Shown here: one piece after another, positions 45,700 through 54,280 of the stretch
How the letters are laid out: the number at the start of each line of letters is the position of its first letter
Numbering within the stretch: the stretch's first letter is position 1
Assembly (NCBI GenBank): GCA_050246755.1
Contig: JBFWVL010000002.1
Span: 198,928-262,927, forward strand
DNA: 64,000 nt
Origin: Bacteriovoracia bacterium
Lineage (GTDB): Bacteria > Bdellovibrionota > UBA1018 > CAIPTA01
Reading direction: 5' to 3'
Program-made: the position numbers and the translations under genes
Notes under the pieces: generated by a model
Databases searched by the model: none
The model's input: the letters and a program-made list of their open reading frames with translations, nothing else
Told to the model about the DNA's origin: nothing

Positions 45700-46818
45700 C
45701 TAGAACTCGAGCGCGGCCGTGCCCTTTAGGTCGAAGATCGGCCGCGGAGCATCCGCTTGCTCGCGTTTCACGCCGAACATGAGAGGCGTCTTTTTATGGT
45801 ACTGCGCGCGCACCATTTCGAAGATGCTCCGGCTGCTGATCCCGTTGCGATCGAGAGCCGCTTGCACTTCGGGGCTGATGCTGCCGTCTTTGGTGCCGCC
45901 ACCCAGCGCCACGCCGCCGCCGGTATCTCCGGCGCCGGGCTTCCCGAAGAGCGAATCGAAGTCAGTGGTGGGGGCCGCGGAATTGATCTTCCGGTCACCA
46001 CCGCTGGCGCTATACGCGCCTTCGCCAGCGAGGTCCTGGGCGTTGAGGCCGAGCCGGTCCATCACTTCTTCGCCGGTGAGGGGATTGGTATTGGCCATCG
46101 TGGAATCAATCATCTTCTGGAGCTCGGATTCCGATTTTCCGATTTTTGAAGAGCCGGCGAGAATTTCCGCGGGGCTTTTGCCCGCGTTCAAGCCATTGAT
46201 GAGGTCGTCGCGGCTCAGGCCGGTTTTGTTTTCGAAGTCGTTGAGAATCTCCCCGATTTTTCCGCCATTGCGAGCGAGGGCCGGGTCGATTTTGATCGAG
46301 CTGCCGTTGCTCTCGTTCGACAAATTTCCGGGGCCAACGCTTTTTACGCTCTCGGCGGTGGGGCCGAGGTTATTCGCGTATCCGCCGGCCTGCTGTCCGT
46401 TCTTACGCATATTGCTGGCAGCGGCGAGGGCGGCCATTCCGGCCATCATCAGCGCGATCCCCGCGGCCATGAGTGCCATACCGGGAGCCACGGTGGGAGG
46501 GCTCGCCATCATCGCGGCCCCGGCCGCCATCATTGCCATACCGGCGGCGATCGCCGCCAGGCCGAGGCTAGTGGAAGAGCTATCGCCTTGCTGATTGAGC
46601 TTGTTCGCGTCGTTCTGGTGCTGGAGCTGGGTCACGGTCGGCGCGGGAGGAGTGGGCATGGTGCTGGTGAATTTGTTGGCATCGGTTTTGGTGCTGGTGG
46701 AGCCGATATTCACGTCTCCCACGCTCACGCCGGCGGCCATGGCGTCTTCCACGCAAATATCGGCGGACGAAGTCCACAGAACCAAGGCGACAATCAATGT
46801 CCAAATGCCTAATTTCAT
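45700..46818 (-). CDS. Secreted hypothetical protein with Ala/Met/Gly-rich hydrophobic segment
   Basis: Start at MKLGIWTLIVALVLWTSSA. Segment AAIAAGMAMMAAGAAMMA...GMALMAAGIALMMAGMAALAAA followed by Gly/Asn/Ser-rich low-complexity sequence. Confidence 0.45.
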   Translation of the reverse strand: MKLGIWTLIVALVLWTSSADICVEDAMAAGVSVGDVNIGSTSTKTDANKFTSTMPTPPAPTVTQLQHQNDANKLNQQGDSSSTSLGLAAIAAGMAMMAAGAAMMASPPTVAPGMALMAAGIALMMAGMAALAAASNMRKNGQQAGGYANNLGPTAESVKSVGPGNLSNESNGSSIKIDPALARNGGKIGEILNDFENKTGLSRDDLINGLNAGKSPAEILAGSSKIGKSESELQKMIDSTMANTNPLTGEEVMDRLGLNAQDLAGEGAYSASGGDRKINSAAPTTDFDSLFGKPGAGDTGGGVALGGGTKDGSISPEVQAALDRNGISSRSIFEMVRAQYHKKTPLMFGVKREQADAPRPIFDLKGTAALEF

Positions 46819-46980
46819 ACGATACCCCCATTGGATGGACGCGGCTCGTCCCCGATCCAATAATCCCTATTCTTTTAATCGACTATCTGTGTGAGTTTCT
46901 TTAGAAAAAGGTCTAAAAGCGGGTGGATTTATATGGTAAAAAGTCGCCATTCCAAGATTAAGGAAAAGTCCTTAGATTTT

Positions 46981-47056
46981 GCCGATGTAGCTCAGTTGGT
47001 AGAGCAGCGCTTTCGTAAAGCGCAGGTCGCAGGTTCGAGTCCCGTCATCGGCTCCA
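46981..47056 (+). tRNA. tRNA-Thr (anticodon CGT)
   Basis: Cloverleaf: acceptor GCCGATG/CATCGGC, D-arm AGCTCAGTTGGTAGAGC, anticodon stem GCGCT/AGCGC with loop TTCGTAA, T-arm GGTTCGAGTCC, encoded CCA. Confidence 0.85.
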
Positions 47057-47098
47057 ATTATGGCCTGTCTCCGGATGGAGACAGGGGAATGGTCCATT

Positions 47099-47359
47099 TT
47101 AATAAGATTTATTTAGCGTAGCCAGATGGGCGGCGATTTCGCCTACCGTGAGCTCGCGGCGCGCCGACATTTTCTCGTTTTGCCGCAAGAGCAGCAGTTC
47201 CCGCAAATTCAATTTTCGGCCGCTCCGTTTTTCCAGCTCGGAGAAGAAATCCACTAGATCGAGGGAACTGAGGGTCAGCGGCGTGTCTGGCTCAGCGGAA
47301 ATTTGGGTTCCGGTAACCTCGAGGTAGGACTCCTGGATGAGCTCAACGGCGTTCGGCAT
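47099..47359 (-). CDS. Acyl-carrier-protein-like small protein (putative phosphopantetheine site SSLDLVDF)
   Basis: 86 aa, acidic, with an LSSLDLVDFFSELE pattern resembling the ACP/PCP DSL motif. Confidence 0.35.
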   Translation of the reverse strand: MPNAVELIQESYLEVTGTQISAEPDTPLTLSSLDLVDFFSELEKRSGRKLNLRELLLLRQNEKMSARRELTVGEIAAHLATLNKSY

Positions 47360-47443
47360 GGCGCCCTAAGCTTATGCGCGATCGAGTGCGCTAGGCAATC
47401 GGCTTATTGAGTTTGGGAGGGGCAGGGGATATATTTTTTCAAA

Positions 47444-48895
47444 ATGCTTCCAACTTCGGGTTTGCGACTCATTCCGGCCCTCGACGAAAACGAGCGTTTC
47501 GTTCTTTTCGCCCAATCCTTCACCGGCAAGCTGCTTCTCGCGCTCCTTTCCGCGGCCCTGCTTTGCGCATTCCGTCTCGAATTTTCGCTTCCTTACAGTC
47601 TGCTCGCTTTTTTCCTGGTCTGCGCGCCGCTTAGGGCGGAGCTCAAGCTCCTGCTCGCTGGCGCCGCGGGCTGGATTTTTTTCGAGCGGCCCGCCGCCTA
47701 CTACGCGCTCTACGACAATCTAATCAACCCCGTTTTCGTGGAAAAGTTTTTGGGCACGGGGGCCTATTCGTACGAATTTTCGGTAGTCTACCGCGCGGTC
47801 ACGGCCGTGGTTCTGTTCGCGCTCCTTTCCGCGTTGCTCTTCTTCCGGCGTAATGCCAAGGTATTTTGGCTGGCCACCTTCTTATTCGCCGTTTCCGTAT
47901 TCTTTCTCCCAAAAACCGGCTGGGCCGGGCTCATCCTCTGGACGAGTGCGCTCATCTTCTTCAAGGGCCTGGTGGGAATTTTTTTCGCCCTGGACCCCGA
48001 TGAGATTCCGAAAAAATCCGGGCTCGCGGGAAAAGCCGTGGTGGCGTTCCAGCTCCTCGGGCACGGCATCTCCGTTCCGCTCCTGCAAAGCCCAGCCCAG
48101 CTCACCGATTTCCCGCACCGCGCTCGCTGCCAAATCAAGGGCGTGAAACTCTTGTTGTGGGGCCTTCTCCTGCACCTAGGCAACGAAACCCTGATGCAAT
48201 TCGTGTTCGGCAATTCCCAGCTCCCCGCCATCCGCGCCCTCGTTCCCCAATCGCTTGGCTGGGTAAATTATATCCAGGCGGGGATGGACGCGTTCAACCT
48301 CAGGCCGGCTTCGCCGCTAAAAAACTGGGCCGTGCTCCTGCTCGTGAACTGGGATTACCTCCTGCGCACCGCCGTGATCACCAGCTTTTATATCGGGATC
48401 ATCCGGCTCAGCGGGATCTACCTGCCGCGCTGGATTTACCGGCCCTATCTCGCGGTATCGTTCAACGATTACTTCCGTCGCTGTTTTTATTTCTACAGCG
48501 AATTCCTTCTGGCCGTCTTCTACGCTCCGGCGTGGAAGTGGTTGCGTGGCACTCGTCTCGCGCGCCCGGTACGGATATTTTTAGCCACGTTCTTTGCGGT
48601 GGGGCTAGGGGGATGGCTTTTCCACATCGCGCGCTGGGTTAACCGGATCCTCTATTTCGAGCCCAGCTATTATTTAGGGCTTTACCTATCGATCACGCCG
48701 TATTTTTTTCTCCTCGGTTTGTTCACGGCGATCTCGGCGCTGCGAAATACGCCACGAGCTTGGCGTCCGGCGAGCCTGCTCTGGGTGCCCGTCTACTTCG
48801 TGTTTCATTCCTTAGTGATGGTGGCGTTCGCTCTCGAGAAAGACATGGGCGTCACGCAGAGGCTAGCGTTTCTCGCTTCGCTGGTCGGACGCTAA
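47444..48895 (+). CDS. Polytopic membrane protein of unknown function (about 11 TM)
   Basis: Strongly hydrophobic with repeated helices. No signature motif identified. Confidence 0.45.
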   Translation: MLPTSGLRLIPALDENERFVLFAQSFTGKLLLALLSAALLCAFRLEFSLPYSLLAFFLVCAPLRAELKLLLAGAAGWIFFERPAAYYALYDNLINPVFVEKFLGTGAYSYEFSVVYRAVTAVVLFALLSALLFFRRNAKVFWLATFLFAVSVFFLPKTGWAGLILWTSALIFFKGLVGIFFALDPDEIPKKSGLAGKAVVAFQLLGHGISVPLLQSPAQLTDFPHRARCQIKGVKLLLWGLLLHLGNETLMQFVFGNSQLPAIRALVPQSLGWVNYIQAGMDAFNLRPASPLKNWAVLLLVNWDYLLRTAVITSFYIGIIRLSGIYLPRWIYRPYLAVSFNDYFRRCFYFYSEFLLAVFYAPAWKWLRGTRLARPVRIFLATFFAVGLGGWLFHIARWVNRILYFEPSYYLGLYLSITPYFFLLGLFTAISALRNTPRAWRPASLLWVPVYFVFHSLVMVAFALEKDMGVTQRLAFLASLVGR

Positions 48896-48973
48896 AACCC
48901 CTGAAATCCCGGCAAACTCCATTTGACAGCGCGCCGCGTTCAACCATAAAGTGCTGCTTCAGTTTGCGACGCT

Positions 48974-49061
48974 GGAGAGGTGGCCGAGTGGCCGAAGGCG
49001 CCTGATTCGAAATCAGGTATACCGCAAGGTATCGTGGGTTCGAATCCCACCCTCTCCGCCA
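48974..49061 (+). tRNA. tRNA-Ser (anticodon CGA)
   Basis: GGAGAGG...acceptor, long variable arm, anticodon stem CCTGA/TCAGG with loop TTCGAAA, T-arm GGTTCGAATCC, terminal CCA. Confidence 0.85.
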
Positions 49062-49075
49062 AATTTCGCAAAAGT

Positions 49076-49578
49076 TTAAATCAAAAAAATTGTAAGGGTC
49101 CATTCCGGAGACATAGGTAACACTTTTGTGCCGAACGGATCGGCCACGGGCTCGACTCTTTTACCCTCTTCATCAAAATATCCAAGATCATAATTCAAAA
49201 AAGATACGACCCAGATTCCATCCTCCACCTCTTTGATCCCCACTTCTTGGCCAGCAAAGGCCGTGCTTAGATTGATCTTTATACGCTTCCACGGCAGATT
49301 CTCTCGCACTGGGTGACCTGGATTGTTTTGTCGTGGAAGGGGCAAAAAAGTTCTGGAGCCCCAAGATAAGGGCGGGGCGATGGTTTGTAGAGCTCAACAG
49401 GGTACTTCATGCCGAGGCCTTGATGAGGGCGTTCTCGATTAAATTCTTCGATGAAGTGATCAAGTTTTTCCTGCTGCTCAAGGAGATTGTTTCCGGGCGG
49501 CCGTGTAGTACTTCGCTTGAGCGTCAGGTGCATACGCTCGTGCCGGCCGTTTTGCTCGGGGTGGTCTGTCCGTTCCAA
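49076..49578 (-). pseudogene. Frameshifted 3' remnant of a DDE (rve-domain; IS481/IS3-like) transposase
   Basis: Two overlapping frames encode PEQNGRHERMHLTLK...FNRERPHQGLG (rve C-terminal core) and ...DGIWVVSFLNYDLGYFDEE...PFGTKVLPMSPE (transposase tail). The N-terminal DDE region is absent. Confidence 0.55.
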
Positions 49579-49585
49579 TTAAATC

Positions 49586-50470
49586 TTAGACTGCAGATTC
49601 ACTGCTAAAGTCCATAGGCTCGGATGACTCGGGTAGTTCTGCCTTTTTGATCTTCCGGGCCTTCTCTGGGGGCTGCGTAAGGGATTTGATTCCGTCTTCA
49701 ATCCAAGAGCGATATTTTCCAATACTAGTGTAAGCCGTATAACGAAAGCCACAGAAGAGGGAGGAGTCCGCATAGAAAGCTGCCGAGGCCACGCCCAGCT
49801 GCAAGGCTTCTCCATTTTCGTCCAATTCATAGAGAGGCCCGCCAGAATCCCCCTTACAACTTCCGCCCCTGTCTGTGTTTTCAATCACGAACTGGCCGAG
49901 TTTTTCTTTTACATCTATTTTTTCAAAGACATCCGTACCCGAAACGGGGGCAGACATCAGAACGGACCAATCAGCAAAACCGGCAACGCGAATCTCTCCC
50001 ATATCGTGAGCTTCATCAACTAAGCGAATCGCTTTATAGGGGGACGGCACATCGTTTGGCAGCAGGATAAGGGCGAGATCATTATTTTTTCCTTGTGCGT
50101 CCAGCATCTCGCCGGGAGTACAACGCTCCTTGGGATTAGCTTTCTGACATGTTTTCAGCGTTCCCGCCCACTGCTTGTGAACGAGCACGTTAATGGGATC
50201 GTCAGATATCGGCCTTCCCCAATTATCTCGAGCATATTGGAAATCTACGCGCATCCAGCTTGCTGGCCCTTGGATGCAATGAGCGGCCGTAAGAAGAATT
50301 CGTGGGGCGATAATAGTGGCGGTGCAGTCTCCGCCTATGCCACTACGAATTTTCACAGTTGATTTTGATATGCTGCTGACTGGATCTTCTTTTACTCCGG
50401 AGCTAACTGCGAAGGCCGCTTGTCCGCAAAACGAGAGAAGAATGACGAAGCTCATGCAGAAGGTACGCAT
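49586..50470 (-). CDS. Secreted trypsin-like (S1 family) serine protease
   Basis: Signal peptide. LTAAHCI (His), NNDLALILL (Asp), CKGDSGGPL (Ser). Confidence 0.7.
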   Translation of the reverse strand: MRTFCMSFVILLSFCGQAAFAVSSGVKEDPVSSISKSTVKIRSGIGGDCTATIIAPRILLTAAHCIQGPASWMRVDFQYARDNWGRPISDDPINVLVHKQWAGTLKTCQKANPKERCTPGEMLDAQGKNNDLALILLPNDVPSPYKAIRLVDEAHDMGEIRVAGFADWSVLMSAPVSGTDVFEKIDVKEKLGQFVIENTDRGGSCKGDSGGPLYELDENGEALQLGVASAAFYADSSLFCGFRYTAYTSIGKYRSWIEDGIKSLTQPPEKARKIKKAELPESSEPMDFSSESAV

Positions 50471-50782
50471 ACCTATTAAAATGCAAAGATGAAGCCACGT
50501 TAAAGCTAAATAAAATCAAGAGCTTGTCTGGGTTCTATTAGCAGATATTGTAGAAGTTTTAGACGATTCGAGCGACATTCATCATTCGTTTTCGTTTTTT
50601 AGAAAGTAGCGGAGGGCGAACATCGATGCATCAAGATGGATGCGGTCGTCACGCACTCACACCGCAGAATGCGGACCGATCCGAGGCCAATCAAAATGGT
50701 TTTGCGGACATCGCTGCGGTTACGAGCTATAGACATTGGTTTGATGGACATCGATTTTTCTGTATTGCAGACTAACAAAAGC

Positions 50783-51220
50783 ATGAAGTTGATTCGTTAC
50801 CTCTTATTCAGTGTAGTGGCAGTCGTCGCGGTAGTATTTGTGCTCTTTTCCTTAGTCCCGAGCGATGAGGTGACCGAGCGATACGAGACGTATGCCGCAG
50901 CCAATGCGGCAGGTCTCTTTAGGAGAGGGTGGCTTCCAGGGGTGATACCTCTATCTTCAGAGAGGATTATCGCTTCGAACGATCTTGATTTGAATCTGTC
51001 CAGTGGAGAATTCTATTTTTCATTTAACGACAGAAATACATTCCTATCGCAATTGAGTCCCACCTCTCAAAAGACGCAGAAACTTCTTGAGGAAAAGAAG
51101 AGAGATCTTTTGGACCAAGGATACAAATCCTACGAATTTTCCCAAAACAGAAGCCGATGGGTTTTTCTGGTTAATCCCACCACGAGTCACGCCTTGTTCG
51201 TTATGCAATATGATCGTTAG
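50783..51220 (+). CDS. Membrane-anchored hypothetical protein (AT-rich gene)
   Basis: Start at MKLIRYLLFSVVAVVAVVFVLF (N-terminal TM anchor). Low GC compared with the neighbouring core genes. Confidence 0.35.
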   Translation: MKLIRYLLFSVVAVVAVVFVLFSLVPSDEVTERYETYAAANAAGLFRRGWLPGVIPLSSERIIASNDLDLNLSSGEFYFSFNDRNTFLSQLSPTSQKTQKLLEEKKRDLLDQGYKSYEFSQNRSRWVFLVNPTTSHALFVMQYDR

Positions 51221-51683
51221 ACACTTGTTTGTAATACAAGCTTGGGAACTTTAAGTCCGGAAGATCTGATTTCTTTGAAGACGGCATTCACTATTTTGGG
51301 TTCAAATAAGCAATTGAATTGATTCAGCACCCGTAAAATCCGCCAAATAAAAATCCGACGCCCCGTGAGAGGGTGGCGGATTTTTATTTTGGGCAGATGG
51401 GAGCGGTGGACGAACACGCTTAAGGTTCGACGCAGGATGCGCGCGAGCCAGTAGGGATTCTACTCACTCAGTGGTGGGGAACGAGCATCAACGATCTAGT
51501 TACAAGCACTTAGTAATCGCAGCCGATAGTTTTGGAAGTTGCGGAAGCCGTAACTCCAAGGGGCTTTTTCAACTTATTTGAATGCTATGACACGGTGCCC
51601 TCTAGAGAAATTATCCCTTCTTGTACGCGAGATATCGATCGTAGAATATGCGTGTTGGCTAGCAAGACGATAAGTGTATTGGA

Positions 51684-52139
51684 GTGAAGCTAATGGACGT
51701 GTGGAATATAAACATAAAAATTATATATATGATTATTCTGGTTTATGGCTTCGACGCGATGGCCGTTTGCGCTTCTCGCAGCAAACCCGCCGAGCAACGT
51801 TTTTATATTTCCGAAGTTGAGCCCTTGAGATGCCCTTGCGTAAATTCAGACAATGCCCAGTCCATTTTGGAGGAGCAGGGATGCTTAGTTCGTGCAAAAA
51901 GCTGGTCCTGGCTGGGGAAAGTTTTAGGACAAAAACCTACTTTTGATCAAAAGGTGCTCACCAACCGCAGGGATATTTGCGCAATTAAAGGAGAGGGCGA
52001 GGTTACGGCCACCCTCGACGGAGATTGCCATGATGTTATTATGGATAAGGAAATTCCGCCTTGTAAGTGGCCCCATGGAGGCCTAGAGCCAAAAAATATG
52101 TGTAATTTTTTTTACAGAGTAGAAAGAATGTTATTTTAA
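51684..52139 (+). CDS. Cys-rich small secreted protein, paralog 1
   Basis: Eight Cys. Shares the C.C...GC...C..K.G...vTL...CHD...C pattern with the next gene. AT-rich. Confidence 0.4.
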   Translation: MKLMDVWNINIKIIYMIILVYGFDAMAVCASRSKPAEQRFYISEVEPLRCPCVNSDNAQSILEEQGCLVRAKSWSWLGKVLGQKPTFDQKVLTNRRDICAIKGEGEVTATLDGDCHDVIMDKEIPPCKWPHGGLEPKNMCNFFYRVERMLF

Positions 52140-52682
52140 ATGGTTTTCTATATGAATAATCGATCTATGGCTATTTTTCTGGGTATGGGATTTGTCATTT
52201 GTTGTTTGAAATTTTCTTCTATCGAAGCTCTTGGCAACTGTCCGAATTTGGGGCCAGACGAAGGACGTTCCGCGAAAGTTAACGTCGAAAAAATAGTTCC
52301 GAGTGAATGTGAATGCACCACCAAAGACGGCACTATTCAAAAAATTAAGGTTCATGGATGCATTTTAGAGGGCAAAACCTTTCCCGCAGACGGGGGGCTC
52401 TGGAATAATATGGATGAAGCGCCTGGGTATTCAAATGAATCCAAATCATTTTTTCAGAAATTTTTTAATCTGCCAATCCGTAAGGAATATCGAAGTCACC
52501 GTCTGTTCGGGTCTATGTGCGATGCGAAAGTGGGCGATTCATTGGACGTTACATTGAGGTTTTATTGCCATGATGGCGGTTCCTATTACGGAAAAATTAA
52601 CTGCGACGATCCGAAGAAAGAGTCCTTATGCGAAGACAGTTATCTCCTGCGGAGAAGAACATATCTGCAATACAGGCGTTAA
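52140..52682 (+). CDS. Cys-rich small secreted protein, paralog 2
   Basis: Begins at the nucleotide after paralog 1's stop. Conserved Cys pattern (…CDAKVGDSLDVTLRFYCHDGG…). Confidence 0.4.
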   Translation: MVFYMNNRSMAIFLGMGFVICCLKFSSIEALGNCPNLGPDEGRSAKVNVEKIVPSECECTTKDGTIQKIKVHGCILEGKTFPADGGLWNNMDEAPGYSNESKSFFQKFFNLPIRKEYRSHRLFGSMCDAKVGDSLDVTLRFYCHDGGSYYGKINCDDPKKESLCEDSYLLRRRTYLQYRR

Positions 52683-52771
52683 ATGCTGTGCACCTAAACC
52701 GAAATTATAATTCGCACGTCTGATTCCATGGGCCACTAGCATTACGAGCTCCGCCTAGCTATGCTGGCCCC

Positions 52772-54082
52772 ATGGAAAAACCCGCCCTAAAACGAAACAT
52801 CGGATTACTAGCGCTCACGCTCTACGGCGTGGGCGATATCCTCGGCTCCGGCATCTACGGGCTCGTGGGCAAAGCCGCGGGCCAAATGGGTTCCGCCGTA
52901 TGGCTCGCGTTTTTCATTAGCATGATCGCCGCCGGCCTCACGGGGCTTTCCTACGCCAGCCTCGGCTCGCGTTATCCCCGCGCCGGTGGGGCCGCGTACT
53001 CCACGTATCGCGCTTTCAATAAAGCATTCCTCTCCTACATGGTGGGCTTAGCCGTATTGGCTTCCGGTCTCACTTCGATGGCCACGGCGGCGCGGGTATT
53101 CGCCGGCTATTTCGTCGGTCTCGGCGTGAACTTGCCTTTGCCGATGGTGGCCGTGCTGTTTTCACTCGTGGTGGCCGCCGTAGTTTTTTGGGGCATCAAG
53201 GAGTCACTGGCGGCTAACGGGGTTTGCACTTTGATCGAACTGAGCGGTTTGCTCATCGTGCTGGTAGTGGGCGCGCGTTATATTGGCTCGGTAAACTATC
53301 TCGACGCCACCACCGCCGCTAATCCCGAAGGCAATATCAGCCTTTCGTTGATGCTCACCGGCGCGGTGCTCACCTTCTATTCCTTCGTGGGCTTTGAAGA
53401 CATGCTCAACGTGGCGGAAGAAGTGAAGGACCCGAAAAAGACTTTGCCACGCGGCTTGCTGCTGGCGGTGGTGATTTCCTCGCTGGTTTATATCGGCGTG
53501 AGCATCGTGGCGGTATCGGTGATTCCCGCGGCGGAATTATCGCAGTCGAACCGCCCGCTGGTAGACGTGGTGGTGCGGGCCGCCCCTTGGTTCCCGGCTT
53601 CCCTCTTTGCGATCATTGCGATGTTCGCGGTGGCCAATACGGCGCTCCTGAATTTTGTGATGGGCTCGAGGCTGCTCTATGGGATGGCACGCCAGGGGCT
53701 AGTGCCAAAAGTTTTAGGAAAAGTTCACACGAATCGCCAGACGCCCCATATGGCGGTGATCGCGGTTTGGTGCTTGTTTCTTGTTCTGATTTTGAGCGGC
53801 GATATTTCTTCCCTCGCGAAATCCACCAGCGTTCTGCTCCTGAGCTGTTTCGTGATCGTGAACGTGGCGCTGATCGTATTACAGCGAAAAGAAAAAATGG
53901 AAGGTACCTTCGAGGTGCCGGCAATCGTACCGGCTCTCGGCGCCATCGTGTGCCTGGCGATTCTGGCGAAGGCGAAGGCGGCGGAACTGCTCACGGCGGG
54001 ATCTATTCTGGCAGTGGTTGCCGCGCTGTACTTCGTGATGCGCCCCAAGGCCCAGGCGATCGAAAATATGGACGATGCTTAA
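52772..54082 (+). CDS. APC-superfamily amino-acid permease
   Basis: Twelve TM helices. LTLYGVGDILGSGIYGLVG N-terminal signature. Confidence 0.75.
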   Translation: MEKPALKRNIGLLALTLYGVGDILGSGIYGLVGKAAGQMGSAVWLAFFISMIAAGLTGLSYASLGSRYPRAGGAAYSTYRAFNKAFLSYMVGLAVLASGLTSMATAARVFAGYFVGLGVNLPLPMVAVLFSLVVAAVVFWGIKESLAANGVCTLIELSGLLIVLVVGARYIGSVNYLDATTAANPEGNISLSLMLTGAVLTFYSFVGFEDMLNVAEEVKDPKKTLPRGLLLAVVISSLVYIGVSIVAVSVIPAAELSQSNRPLVDVVVRAAPWFPASLFAIIAMFAVANTALLNFVMGSRLLYGMARQGLVPKVLGKVHTNRQTPHMAVIAVWCLFLVLILSGDISSLAKSTSVLLLSCFVIVNVALIVLQRKEKMEGTFEVPAIVPALGAIVCLAILAKAKAAELLTAGSILAVVAALYFVMRPKAQAIENMDDA

Positions 54083-54260
54083 GAAGATCCTAAATTACTT
54101 CCGCGAGCCCGTGCGCGTGGCTTATATTAGCGACGATCGCTACGCCATGCCGCTCACGGTTTCCCTGCGTTCCCTGATCGAGAGCAAAAGTAATCGCTTC
54201 TACGTTTGCCGAATGGCTAAAGCGCACGAAGTGGGAAATGCCGGCTCACCTCAGGTTTGA
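54075..54260 (+). pseudogene. Possible N-terminal remnant of a family-8-like glycosyltransferase
   Basis: VRVAYISDDRYAMPLTVSLRSLIESKSN resembles the GT8 N-terminal block. It terminates after 61 codons. Confidence 0.3.
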
Positions 54261-54280
54261 GGCTTAGTTCGACCTGTGGA

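Noticed and set aside
45719-46594. 291-aa ORF antisense to the Ala/Met-rich secreted protein
   Set aside because: Pro/Ser/Ala-rich translation of the complement of a compositionally biased gene. The minus-strand ORF has a signal peptide and proper start context.
46891-47121. 76-aa ORF spanning tRNA-Thr
   Set aside because: It overlaps a well-formed tRNA cloverleaf. Not coding.
47099-48895. ACP-like protein plus adjacent membrane protein as a DltC/DltB (MBOAT)-like pair
   Set aside because: The membrane protein lacks the conserved MBOAT His-containing motif, and the genes are divergent rather than co-operonic.
50936-50950. GATACCTCTATC partial match to the REP core inside the AT-rich island
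   Set aside because: Only 8-9 nt match and no palindromic partner. Likely chance.
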